From NCBI GenBank assembly GCA_963664115.2, contig CAXWPJ010000004.1, positions 1 to 64,000 of the forward strand: 64,000 nt of DNA. Reading direction: 5' to 3'. The notes below the pieces were generated by a model. That model saw only the letters and a list, made by a program, of their open reading frames with translations, ran no database searches and was not told the DNA's origin. Positions 1 to 8,768 of the stretch are shown here, one piece after another; positions within the stretch are counted from its first letter, which is position 1; each line of letters begins with the position of its first letter. A program made the position numbers and the translations under genes. Origin of the DNA: Terriglobia bacterium. GTDB lineage: Bacteria > Acidobacteriota > Terriglobia > 20CM-2-55-15.

Positions 1-176
1 GACGTTCGATTCGCCGCTTGCGGTTCCTCATGTTCTTGCGCGTATAATCGTTCATCTGAAATGCCTCCTTTTCCGAAGAATCTGTCCAAGGTTTTTTTCG
101 CACGGAGACGGGGCATTTCGGGTACTTCCGCTCTTATTGCACTATCATTTCCTCGTCAATCACGCTTGTTCAGGGA
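1..176 (-). mobile_element. 5' end of an IS1380-family element; transposase starts at 55 and runs off the window edge
   Basis: Near-identical reverse complement of 40143-40318; terminal repeat cgcttgttcaggga followed by CTAG at 177-180. Confidence 0.9.
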
Positions 177-219
177 CTAGTAGGTTGGACTCTTGCCTTC
201 ACGACGCCCTGCTGACGAT

Positions 220-1323
220 GACCTTGTTGCATGGATCATCCCGAAGGATGCCTTATCATCGTGTTTTTCAACACTGGGGATAACCTAGATGCCACATAAG
301 TTCAACGCAGCGCGACGGCACAAGTTTGATAAGGCGCAGTACCGGGCGATCCACTGGGCAGAATATAACGAGAGCCTGCGCCAGCGGGGTGATCTGACGA
401 TTTGGGTCAGTGATGAGGCTCAAAGTGTGTGGAGTGCGCCGCGCCGCACGTCACGGGGTGGCCAGTGGAGATACTCGGATCTGGCGATCGAGACATGCCT
501 GACGCTGCGCACGGCGTATCGGCTGGGGTTGCGACAAACGCAGGGGCTGATGGGTTCGATCGGTACGCTCATGGGTCTGGATATACGGGTGCCGGATTAC
601 TCCACACTGTCGCGTCGCGCAAACGGTTTGAGCATCGCTCAGGCGGTGAGGCAAGGCGGGTCTGTGCCTGTCCATCTGGTGGTGGACAGTACCGGCCTCA
701 AGATCTTCGGAGAAGGAGAATGGCTCGCGCAGAAGCATAAAACCAGGGGAATACGCCGCCGCTGGCGCAAACTCCACCTCGGACTGGACCTGGCCAGCGG
801 CGCGATTGTTTGCGCCAATCTGACTCACGATGACGTTGGAGACAGCACCGCCTTACCCGGGCTCCTGGATCAACTCGATGCCCCGGTCACGGGCTTTCTG
901 GCTGACGGTGCCTATGATGGAGCGGCTACACGGGATCTGCTGAGGGAACGGTATGGGGAGACCCTGGATGTGGTTATACCGCCGCCAAAGAACGCAGTGA
1001 CCCGACCGCAATCGGCGCGGGATCCAACCGTTCGGGATCGCCATATTGCCCAGATCCGCAGCAACGGCCGCATGGCCTGGCAAGTGGCCACAGGGTACAA
1101 CCAGCGCAGCCGGATAGAAACACAGATCGGCCGTTGGAAGGGTGTCATCGGCCCCAAGCTCAAATCCCGCAGCTTCTCCAGGCAGATCACGGAGATCCAG
1201 GTCGGCCAGAAAGTTCTGAACACAATGACCGCACTCGGACGGCCTGTGTTCGAACGCATCGCCTGACGCTACCGCATGGGAAAGGGCGAATTCCATCTCC
1301 GCCCCGATCCATGCAACAACGCT
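220..1323 (+). mobile_element. IS5-family (IS903-like group) element, copy 1
   Basis: 18-bp imperfect TIRs gaccttgttgcatggatc / gatccatgcaacaacgct; near-identical inverted copy at 30459-31562; no TSD seen. Confidence 0.9.
289..1266 (+). CDS. IS5-family DDE transposase
   Basis: Motifs W.EYN.SL.QRG, VDSTGLK..GEGEW, WRKLHL, ADGAYD, YNQRSRIET. Confidence 0.95.
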   Translation: MPHKFNAARRHKFDKAQYRAIHWAEYNESLRQRGDLTIWVSDEAQSVWSAPRRTSRGGQWRYSDLAIETCLTLRTAYRLGLRQTQGLMGSIGTLMGLDIRVPDYSTLSRRANGLSIAQAVRQGGSVPVHLVVDSTGLKIFGEGEWLAQKHKTRGIRRRWRKLHLGLDLASGAIVCANLTHDDVGDSTALPGLLDQLDAPVTGFLADGAYDGAATRDLLRERYGETLDVVIPPPKNAVTRPQSARDPTVRDRHIAQIRSNGRMAWQVATGYNQRSRIETQIGRWKGVIGPKLKSRSFSRQITEIQVGQKVLNTMTALGRPVFERIA

Positions 1324-1512
1324 AATTGGTGCAAACATATCAATTGACACATAAAGATCGAGGATACTAGCATGACTTCGCATTGAATCTCAGGAAGACC
1401 GATGTCACACTGTGAACTGGCGTAGGCCACTCGAGCGAGTCGCACTTCTAATCGCCATTTTATCAGTTTAGAAATTTCCGGACATCGGACTTCACGAGTG
1501 AAGGAGAGAGAA

Positions 1513-1965
1513 ATGAAACGTACTGTAATTGCACTGTTGGGATTCGCCTTCGTTGTCACGGTCGGGTCGATAGGTGCAGAACCCCTGCTCGCCCATCACG
1601 GCCGCGGGAATACTTATGAGACAGACGGGACGCACGAGATTCACGGTATTGTGAAAGAGGTGCGGTGGCGCAATCCCCACATCGCGTTCCTGGTCGATGT
1701 GACGGACGATAGCGGCGAGGTGGTCACCTGGGTTCTCGAGCACAGCAACGTCAGCACGCTCGCGCGCCTGGGCTACGGCCGGGCCACTTTGCGGCCCGGA
1801 ATGGAAATAGACGTTGTAATGAATCCGTGCACCATGGACCGAACGTGCGGGCTTAACAGGGGCGTCACCCTGGAAGACGGTACGCAGATCTTCCTGCGAG
1901 GGGTGTCCGACGAAACGCCCGGGAGGCTCAATCCGCTTGGCGACACCCGGCAATCAGTTAACTAG
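1513..1965 (+). CDS. DUF6152-family secreted protein
   Basis: RBS aaggag; signal peptide ending LAHHG; G.VKEV.W.NPH and W..E motifs. Confidence 0.8.
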   Translation: MKRTVIALLGFAFVVTVGSIGAEPLLAHHGRGNTYETDGTHEIHGIVKEVRWRNPHIAFLVDVTDDSGEVVTWVLEHSNVSTLARLGYGRATLRPGMEIDVVMNPCTMDRTCGLNRGVTLEDGTQIFLRGVSDETPGRLNPLGDTRQSVN

Positions 1966-2055
1966 CAGCGGAATCGCAAAGCTTAAGGCGTATGGATCGT
2001 GCGCCTAGATATTTTGATTGTAAGAAATTGGAAGAGTTGATTTAAGGAGTCCCAA

Positions 2056-2925
2056 ATGCGAAATCGTTTAATGAGTTTTCTAGGCACCGTGGTGGGTTCA
2101 GCTTCCCTCCTGGTGGTTCCTGGTGCATTCCTGACGACATTTGCTCCGGTGGCTGCGGCGGAATGTATGGAACCGCAAAGCGGAGATGCCCGTGACTTTT
2201 CGGGGATCTGGTACCGCGACGAAGGCGATTGTGGTTTTGGCCCGCCGGGAAGCGCCCCGGACCTGACGCCGGACGGTGTAGAGGCGCTCATGAAGAACGT
2301 GCCGACTCGGCCCCGACATCCTCTGCATCTGGAGCGGGTGGGGGGAGATGAGAACGGCGCCGACTTCAAGCTATCGAACGACCCGGCCATGCAATGTAAT
2401 CCGAAAGGCCTGCCCCAGATGGTCGTCGATACGGCGCATGATCATCACGAAGTGGTTCAACTCGATAACAGAATCATTCAGCTCTGGCAGGAAGAGCGCT
2501 TGCCTCGAGAAATCTGGTTCGACGGTCGGGCGGTCCCGTCAGGCGATGACCTCCTGAACCTCGGACCTTCCTGGTATGGCATGTCGGTGGGGCACTGGGA
2601 AGGCGACACCCTCGTTGTCGAGACGGTGGGACTGGATCCCCGAGCCTGGGTCGACATATACGGATACCCGAAGAGTGAAGACGCCCGCTTAATCGAGCGC
2701 TACACCCGGCGTGGGGATACATTGGAAATGGTAGCCACGCTGATTGATTCAGCCTACTACACAGAAGATTGGGTTTCCGACACCAAGACATGGACGTTGG
2801 AGCCGTCCGATGCGATAGCGGTCAACAATTTCGGCTGGTACGGGGTATACCCCAGTCTCGTCGATCTACTGTGTGCACCGATCAATGCCGACGGATCGGC
2901 GTCCAATCCTTTCGGTGGTGATTAA
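2056..2925 (+). CDS. Secreted hypothetical protein, usual partner of DUF6152
   Basis: RBS aaggag; signal peptide; DFSGIW, C.P.G, REIWFDGR, WYG.SVGHWEGDTLVVET; paralog at 51433-52305. Confidence 0.8.
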   Translation: MRNRLMSFLGTVVGSASLLVVPGAFLTTFAPVAAAECMEPQSGDARDFSGIWYRDEGDCGFGPPGSAPDLTPDGVEALMKNVPTRPRHPLHLERVGGDENGADFKLSNDPAMQCNPKGLPQMVVDTAHDHHEVVQLDNRIIQLWQEERLPREIWFDGRAVPSGDDLLNLGPSWYGMSVGHWEGDTLVVETVGLDPRAWVDIYGYPKSEDARLIERYTRRGDTLEMVATLIDSAYYTEDWVSDTKTWTLEPSDAIAVNNFGWYGVYPSLVDLLCAPINADGSASNPFGGD

Positions 2926-2938
2926 TCAGTTCCCCTAG

Positions 2939-3047
2939 GAGTCTTGCGCGGCAGAACGTTTTTAGGCCATTAGGTCCACAGTATGTTCTGGGTATACAGC
3001 GCTTAGCGTCGATATGTAGTGCCGCCTTTCTTCTGCCGCGCAGACTC
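2939..3047. mobile_element. 109-bp MITE-like element
   Basis: TIRs gagtct(t)gcgcggcagaa / ttctgccgcgcagactc, flanked on both sides by CTAG (2935-2938, 3048-3051). Confidence 0.7.
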
Positions 3048-3099
3048 CTAGGTCCCCTTCAACGGTGATTATGTACTTGACTCACTATTCTGAAAATCA

Positions 3100-3139
3100 C
3101 CACAACATATTGTGTGGGACGGCTTACAAGATATAGTGG
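3100..3139. promoter_or_regulatory. Pair of NrdR-box-like sites (3100-3115, 3124-3139)
   Basis: ccacaacatattgtgt and ttacaagatatagtgg match all core positions of acaCwAtATaTwGtgt. Confidence 0.6.
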
Positions 3140-3476
3140 TATTGAAAACAAACTGATTGAGGGGCGAAGCTGAAGGCTTCGCCCCTCGGTCACAGCAACA
3201 GCAGAACCAGCTAATGAACTCGAAATCTGTCGCCGTGAAACCCTTTTCGGATGTCCTTGCCCAATACTGGGATACCTTTTCCTCCGACTGGGATGCCCAA
3301 GAAATCGCTCGCTGGCTCCGGTTTGGTTTCCTGTGTCCCCTAGATGCGCTACTCCGCAGGAGACCGAAAAAGCACCGCGTGGTCGCCCATGAGATCAAAG
3401 GCCACATCACTTTCGGCGCACCGACCGCCACGGCGCGTGTCTCTATTTCACCCCCGGATTGGCTCTGACGGAACCA

Positions 3477-3528
3477 CCGCAATATCTTGTGGTTAGCCCG
3501 TTTCATGTGTGACCACCATATGTAGGCT
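3477..3528. promoter_or_regulatory. Pair of NrdR-box-like sites (3477-3492, 3513-3528)
   Basis: ccgcaatatcttgtgg and ccaccatatgtaggct match the core C-A-AT-T-G positions. Confidence 0.55.
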
Positions 3529-3995
3529 AGTCTGGCTGAAAATTGAGTCAAGTGCATAGCCACCCCTTCAACCGGCCCCACAGCCGGCTGAGGGGGCTGA
3601 CTCGTAATATCTGAATCTTTGAAGCATCAGAGCCGGAAGTCCTTCCGGCTCTGCTTCGTTCAACAATGGATTGAGCCGTGTGCATCACAGCATGATCGTT
3701 GGAATAGTGCGACCCGCCCTCTGTTGATGTCTCCTCGAGAGCCGATTCTTCGCGGCCGATTGCTTTGTCTCGCTGCTCCTCGCGTCCTCTTCCCAAATCA
3801 TGATGAGGCATGGTTTAAAGACGCCGGCTGTCGGGTATAGTGTCGGACTGATGTACGGGAAACGAATTGCGAGCGGTTGACCTTGCTCCATATTTCCTGT
3901 CAGTGACTGTGGGTACAAAGCGTAACGTGTTCATCAAGTTTCTGATAGTCTTGCGGAACACGTCATCGAACCTGAATTCACACTCGGGAGGAACC

Positions 3996-5051
3996 ATGAA
4001 GCGTCACTTGCCGTCCCTACTCTCCGTCCTGCTGGCAGTCGGGTGGAGTCTGACTGAGTCAAGGGCACAGACCAACACGCCGGAAAATCATGAGGCCGCG
4101 GCCAGGGCTGCGGCATACACGCCTGGATTTGATTTCACCTGGATATTCGACAGGAATTGCGGAGAGTTCTCTAGAAACGTCATCAACACGCCCGAGCGGG
4201 CCCCCGCGGAGGCGACGGTTGCGCCGGCCCCCCGAACGATTCCACCGCGCGAACTATGGTATGAACCGCCTCATAAAATATTCGACAACCTTTATTACCT
4301 CGGTAGCCATGAGATGTCTCTTGCCGACGGAAGGTACATCCAAGGCCTGGCGATGTGGGCGGTGACGACTTCGGAAGGAATTATTCTGCACGATACGGCG
4401 TACGACTATATGGTCGAGGACCAAATCGTCGACGGACTGCGGCAGATGGGGCTCGATGCGGCCGACATCAAGTACGTCATTATTTCCCAGGCCCATTCCG
4501 ACCATTACTGGGGAGCTAAGACGCTTCAGGACAGGTACGGAGCGCGCATCATCATGTCTGAGGCCGATTGGAATCTCGTGGCCAACGACAATAGTCCGCC
4601 AGGGCTGAAGCCCAGGAAAGACATGGTGGCTACCGATGGGATGGAATTGACGCTGGGTGATACCACCCTGACGCTCTACGTCACGCCGGGTCACACGCCG
4701 GGTACGATATCGACCTTGATCCCACTCAAGGACGGAGACCGCTGGCATCTGGGAAGCATCTGGGGAGGCAACTCCATGGGGGTCCGCTACTGGACGGAGC
4801 GTACAGAGGGTCTACGAATCTATGCTGCCGAGGCGCAGCGCTTTCGGGAGATCACAGCAAGGGCCCGCGCGGACGTTTTTCTGGCCAGTCATACGAACCA
4901 TGACGACACCTTGGCCAAGGTCAACGGTCTACGATTTCGGAACCCGGGCGAGCCGCACCCCTTCGTCAACGCCGAAGCCGTCAGGCGTCATCTAACCGTC
5001 GTCGGTGAGTGCGCCGATGCGCAGTTGGGCTGGTTTCTGGAATCGCAGTAA
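3996..5051 (+). CDS. Secreted MBL-fold metallo-hydrolase, subclass B3-like
   Basis: RBS ggagg; signal peptide; KIFDNLYYLG, QAHSDH, TPGHTPGT, ASH motifs. Confidence 0.85.
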   Translation: MKRHLPSLLSVLLAVGWSLTESRAQTNTPENHEAAARAAAYTPGFDFTWIFDRNCGEFSRNVINTPERAPAEATVAPAPRTIPPRELWYEPPHKIFDNLYYLGSHEMSLADGRYIQGLAMWAVTTSEGIILHDTAYDYMVEDQIVDGLRQMGLDAADIKYVIISQAHSDHYWGAKTLQDRYGARIIMSEADWNLVANDNSPPGLKPRKDMVATDGMELTLGDTTLTLYVTPGHTPGTISTLIPLKDGDRWHLGSIWGGNSMGVRYWTERTEGLRIYAAEAQRFREITARARADVFLASHTNHDDTLAKVNGLRFRNPGEPHPFVNAEAVRRHLTVVGECADAQLGWFLESQ

Positions 5052-5324
5052 TAGCTGCTCCGAGGGTCTTCACACAGACAAAGCGGAGCAGGGCGATTCG
5101 CGCGACAACAGAAGCAGTGGCGAGTTTGCACTCATGGAGCCGATGAGGGCAAATGCAGCCGATGCACTTGACACTTCCGAAGATAGTGACGGGGCGGCTC
5201 GGTGGGACTGATATCGAGTGCCTGCTGTCAGAGTCGGTACACGCAGCAGGCCGCCTATGGCTCTTTCACTCGCGAATCGACGTCATTGTTGGCGATGCGG
5301 CATCCTTTTTGCGCTGGGGATTAG

Positions 5325-5499
5325 CCCGCATTTCTCACGAGTTGTCGTCGCGAAGCGTCGCAGACACTGGCAGGACAAGGCGGGCGCCGGGAGGGCGATC
5401 GAAGCGCACTTGACAGTACGTTGAGGAGCCCGACCAAGCGCAACGCAGTCCTGGCGGATGGATGCGGCGCTGCAGCAGACAGCTTGTGAGAAATGCGGG
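5325..5499. mobile_element. 175-bp MITE/REP-like palindromic element
   Basis: 22-bp TIRs cccgcatttctcacgagttgtc / gacagcttgtgagaaatgcggg, flanked by TTAG on both sides. Confidence 0.7.
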
Positions 5500-5587
5500 T
5501 TAGCTATCGCTACTCCCGGTTGTGCGATGCCCGGGCAGACTTCGGGAAGGGGTCGCACGCATTCGTCGACATAATCCAGCGTCAACC

Positions 5588-8032
5588 CTAAAACTGGAAT
5601 CTCATTCCGACTTCGATTGTGCGCGGTGAGGTCGCGTTAAAGGACCGCATGAAGAACGGTGAAGTCACGACCCCGCTGGGCAATCCTGGATGCTGCACGT
5701 TGAAAGCGTTGCTCAAATTCGCGAAGACGTTCAATTGAGGCCCGGTGGACCCGGCGGCAGTGTTCAACTCGAATGCCTTCGAGAAGTTGAAGCCAACGTC
5801 GAAATAGTTCGGTCCGACCTCGCTATTCTTGACAACGCCTGGGGGCCGGTCATTACTCACTCCATCCCCGTTGTCGTCCTTCCCCGTCCTGATGGTGTAA
5901 AAACGGCCGCTCTGTGCTTCGATTACTGTCGTCAAGTAGACATCCAGTGGCAACCTGGCATTAACGCTTGCATTGAAGGTGTGGCGCGGATCTTCTGTAT
6001 TGCCCCATTCTTTACGGAGGTCATAGCTGTCGACAGGCACCCACACCCCGCCGCGCCCTCTCCGATCTTCCTGGTCACTCTGCCCGTGCATGTACCAGTA
6101 GCTTGCAGTGACAACGAAGATGCTGAAACGCTGCCGCATTGAAGCTCTCAAATGATGATACGTTGACAAGCCGCTACTCTGGTATTGAAGAACCTGGCCT
6201 TCAAGGGGATTAGGCCGGATGCCCGTTTCCGGCAACGGCGCATTGATGTCCCGGGTTCGGGTCGGCCGGATCGCTCGAACGAACTCGTAACCCAGGGTCA
6301 CAAAAAGATTGTTGGGTAAACTGCGTTCGACGCTTATCTGTCCTACCGGGTAATACGGCATTTTTATTTCCGGGTCGACCTGACGGCGAGCCCGAGGCCT
6401 GATGCTCCCTGAGGCGAAAGGGTCGGGCCAACCTGGATTGTCGATCTGGATTTCGTATACTCGATTTCCATCGAGGCGGTTATTCGCAATTGTGTTGAAA
6501 CCGACCCGCTGGGTAAAAAATCCGAAACCTCCCCGGATGACAGTCTCATTTCCGAGCGCGTACGCAAAGCCGATCCGTGGATCCACATTGTTCCGATCGC
6601 GAATGTTTGACTGTATCTGGTAGCGCACACCCAGCATCAGCGTGAACGTGTTTGACAGTCTGAAATCGTTCTGAGAAAAAAGGCTGGCTTGTGTGTGATT
6701 TAATTTGAACAAAGGATCACAACACGTGACCCGATACTGTAGCGGCGTTCCGGCGCGGAAACTGTCAAGGTCGGAAAACGTGAATTCGCCGAAGAAGTTC
6801 TCTTCCGAGAACAAGCGTTCCCTCCGGTGCAACATCTGAAATCCGACCCTCATGGTCAGGTTGTCCCCGGCAAAGTAAACCAGATTGGACAATTCGTACT
6901 CATTCCCATCCACCCGGCGCTTGTTCTGCGCCCCGCCACCGGTAAACGCGTCTTTGACAATGATCGTTGTCGCATTGCTGGCGGGGTTGGTCTCGCTACG
7001 ATCTTTTCGCCATTTAAAGCGGAGGTCATGGACGGTTCTCTCGGACAGGGTCCAGATTTCGCGGAGATCGACCTCGTAGTCCTGTGTCCGCGTGCGCGAT
7101 GCGCGTTCGGGCAAGGCGAAGTCACCGACGTTTTCGTTGTTACTGTCTCTGGTGGCGTATCGGAGACCGATATTCATCGTATGAGTATCGGCGAGCTGCA
7201 GCACGTTCTTGAGGTCATAGGACCGATTTAATGTGGGTCGTGTGATGCCCAGAGAAAACGGGCCGGTCGGTGTTTCCGCCTGAACAGTGCCGACGTTTTC
7301 CTGTTTATTGTCGCTGACAGTAAAGCTTAGAGTGAGTCGATCCTGAATGATGGGGCCGCTGATATTCCCGGCGATCGTCCGTTCATAGTACGGTGGCTTG
7401 TTACTGGCGAAGGGGTTTCGAGCGTTAAATTTTTCGTCCTGAAATGTCGATGCAAAATTGCCGTGGAAGGCTCCGACACCGCCGCGCTCGATCACTTCTG
7501 TTTTCGCGCCCCGTTCATGCAGGCCCCGATTTCCGTTCGCGGTAGCGGTTTCGACATTGAAAGCGTTGTTAGTCACGCGGATCTGTTGAATTCTTCCGCT
7601 CTGAGCACTGTCGTCGGGGGAAGCCTCCTCCACGTAAAATGTCGTGTCGTGATCGCTCTGGTAACTCTCCCATGCGGATCTCTGCGCGTCGGTCATGTAG
7701 GCGGGAAACTCGTCCTTCAACGCGTCGTACATCCAGCGGATGCCGGCCAGGGCCTGGTCGCTCTCCTCGCCCTGGGGCGGCCCCTGGCTGAAATCCCACG
7801 TTTCGCCGAAAAGGTTCTCCGCAGCCTGGCGCTCTTCTTCAATGAGCAGTGCGAAGTCCCGCTCCTGATCGGGTGAAAACGGCACCTCTGCATCGATCAG
7901 CGCCTGTGTCACCTGATCCTTCAACTCGTCGACGGGATTTCGCGCGGTAAGCTGTCCGAAAGCCGACCCAGTCAAGCAGAGATAACAGATACAGATGAAT
8001 CCAAGTCGAAACAATTGCATTAAACTCTCCAC
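5588..8032 (-). CDS. Outer-membrane beta-barrel, Oar-like TonB-dependent receptor family, atypical N-terminus
   Basis: Signal peptide; FNARNPF, DPRIGFAY..G.ETVIRGGFG, NAFN, C-terminal PRTIEVGMRFQF. Confidence 0.8.
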   Translation of the reverse strand: MESLMQLFRLGFICICYLCLTGSAFGQLTARNPVDELKDQVTQALIDAEVPFSPDQERDFALLIEEERQAAENLFGETWDFSQGPPQGEESDQALAGIRWMYDALKDEFPAYMTDAQRSAWESYQSDHDTTFYVEEASPDDSAQSGRIQQIRVTNNAFNVETATANGNRGLHERGAKTEVIERGGVGAFHGNFASTFQDEKFNARNPFASNKPPYYERTIAGNISGPIIQDRLTLSFTVSDNKQENVGTVQAETPTGPFSLGITRPTLNRSYDLKNVLQLADTHTMNIGLRYATRDSNNENVGDFALPERASRTRTQDYEVDLREIWTLSERTVHDLRFKWRKDRSETNPASNATTIIVKDAFTGGGAQNKRRVDGNEYELSNLVYFAGDNLTMRVGFQMLHRRERLFSEENFFGEFTFSDLDSFRAGTPLQYRVTCCDPLFKLNHTQASLFSQNDFRLSNTFTLMLGVRYQIQSNIRDRNNVDPRIGFAYALGNETVIRGGFGFFTQRVGFNTIANNRLDGNRVYEIQIDNPGWPDPFASGSIRPRARRQVDPEIKMPYYPVGQISVERSLPNNLFVTLGYEFVRAIRPTRTRDINAPLPETGIRPNPLEGQVLQYQSSGLSTYHHLRASMRQRFSIFVVTASYWYMHGQSDQEDRRGRGGVWVPVDSYDLRKEWGNTEDPRHTFNASVNARLPLDVYLTTVIEAQSGRFYTIRTGKDDNGDGVSNDRPPGVVKNSEVGPNYFDVGFNFSKAFELNTAAGSTGPQLNVFANLSNAFNVQHPGLPSGVVTSPFFMRSFNATSPRTIEVGMRFQF

Positions 8033-8246
8033 ATGCTCGTCTTCTAAAAAACCGACATTGAGGGATACCTCACGCTTGGGAGCCTGTCAACCGGCACATT
8101 GGGACAGAATGTAATGCCAACAGATAAACCCCCGCGGGCGGACTCGCACAGGGTTGACCGAGAACGGATTCGCGGTTGCAATTGTGATCGATGCGTATCC
8201 GCACTCGAACGAGAGTTTTGTGCTCATTGCGTTCATCGTTTTGATC

Positions 8247-8530
8247 TCATGCGGCTGTGATGCCGACTGCGTGGTCGAGATGATCCATAGCGTGCACGAG
8301 TGCGCGCTAGAGCCGACCGCGATTACTGTCTTTGGTTTCGGGGCGTAGTCGAATTCAAAGGGTTTGAGAATGCCGCTGGTCAGAGGCGAGTAGGTGTTTG
8401 CAAACAGCTTCAGATAAACGAGGCAAATGTGGCAACCATCGGGAGTGAGCCGGTAGCGACGCGACTTGGGCAGTTTCAGGATGGGGCGATTGGCGCGGAG
8501 TTTCGAGAAGTTCCAAACCCGACGATAATC
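8247..8530 (-). pseudogene. Degraded C-terminal remnant of a large transposase-like protein
   Basis: SKLRA...KLPKSRRYRLTPDG.HICLVYLKLF...YSPLTSG resembles the wHTH tail of an uncharacterised IS family; frameshifted. Confidence 0.5.
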
Positions 8531-8768
8531 ATTCCGGCGGTTCGATGGGTGAAGCGCAGCCCGAGGACTCTCGATTCCGACACGCGTGCCGGCACTTGAT
8601 AGTCTATCAACCCGACAGCCTCTCACCCTGAGTTAAAGGGTTGATTCCAAACATACAGAGGAAATCGCTTGACGGTCAGCGAGGCAATCCAATAACATAC
8701 TCGAAGCTCCGTATACCTGACTGAATCGTGCTCAACTCAGCCGTCGAAAATCGGGGAGGATTTAAAAG

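Larger units (their letters stand above)
3064..3564. mobile_element. 501-bp non-autonomous IS1595-type element (MITE or mobile insertion cassette)
   Basis: 21-bp TIRs ggtgattatgtacttgactca / tgagtcaagtgcatagccacc (18/21); exact 8-bp direct repeat ccttcaac at 3056-3063 and 3565-3572; no transposase inside. Confidence 0.85.

Noticed and set aside
3069-3581. 170-aa minus-strand ORF as the cassette's transposase or cargo
   Set aside because: It starts outside the element, has no recognisable motif and overlaps the TIRs and boxes.
3621-3657. Long hairpin next to the IS1595-type cassette as a further MITE
   Set aside because: Only a 2-nt loop, with no target duplication and no second copy in the window.
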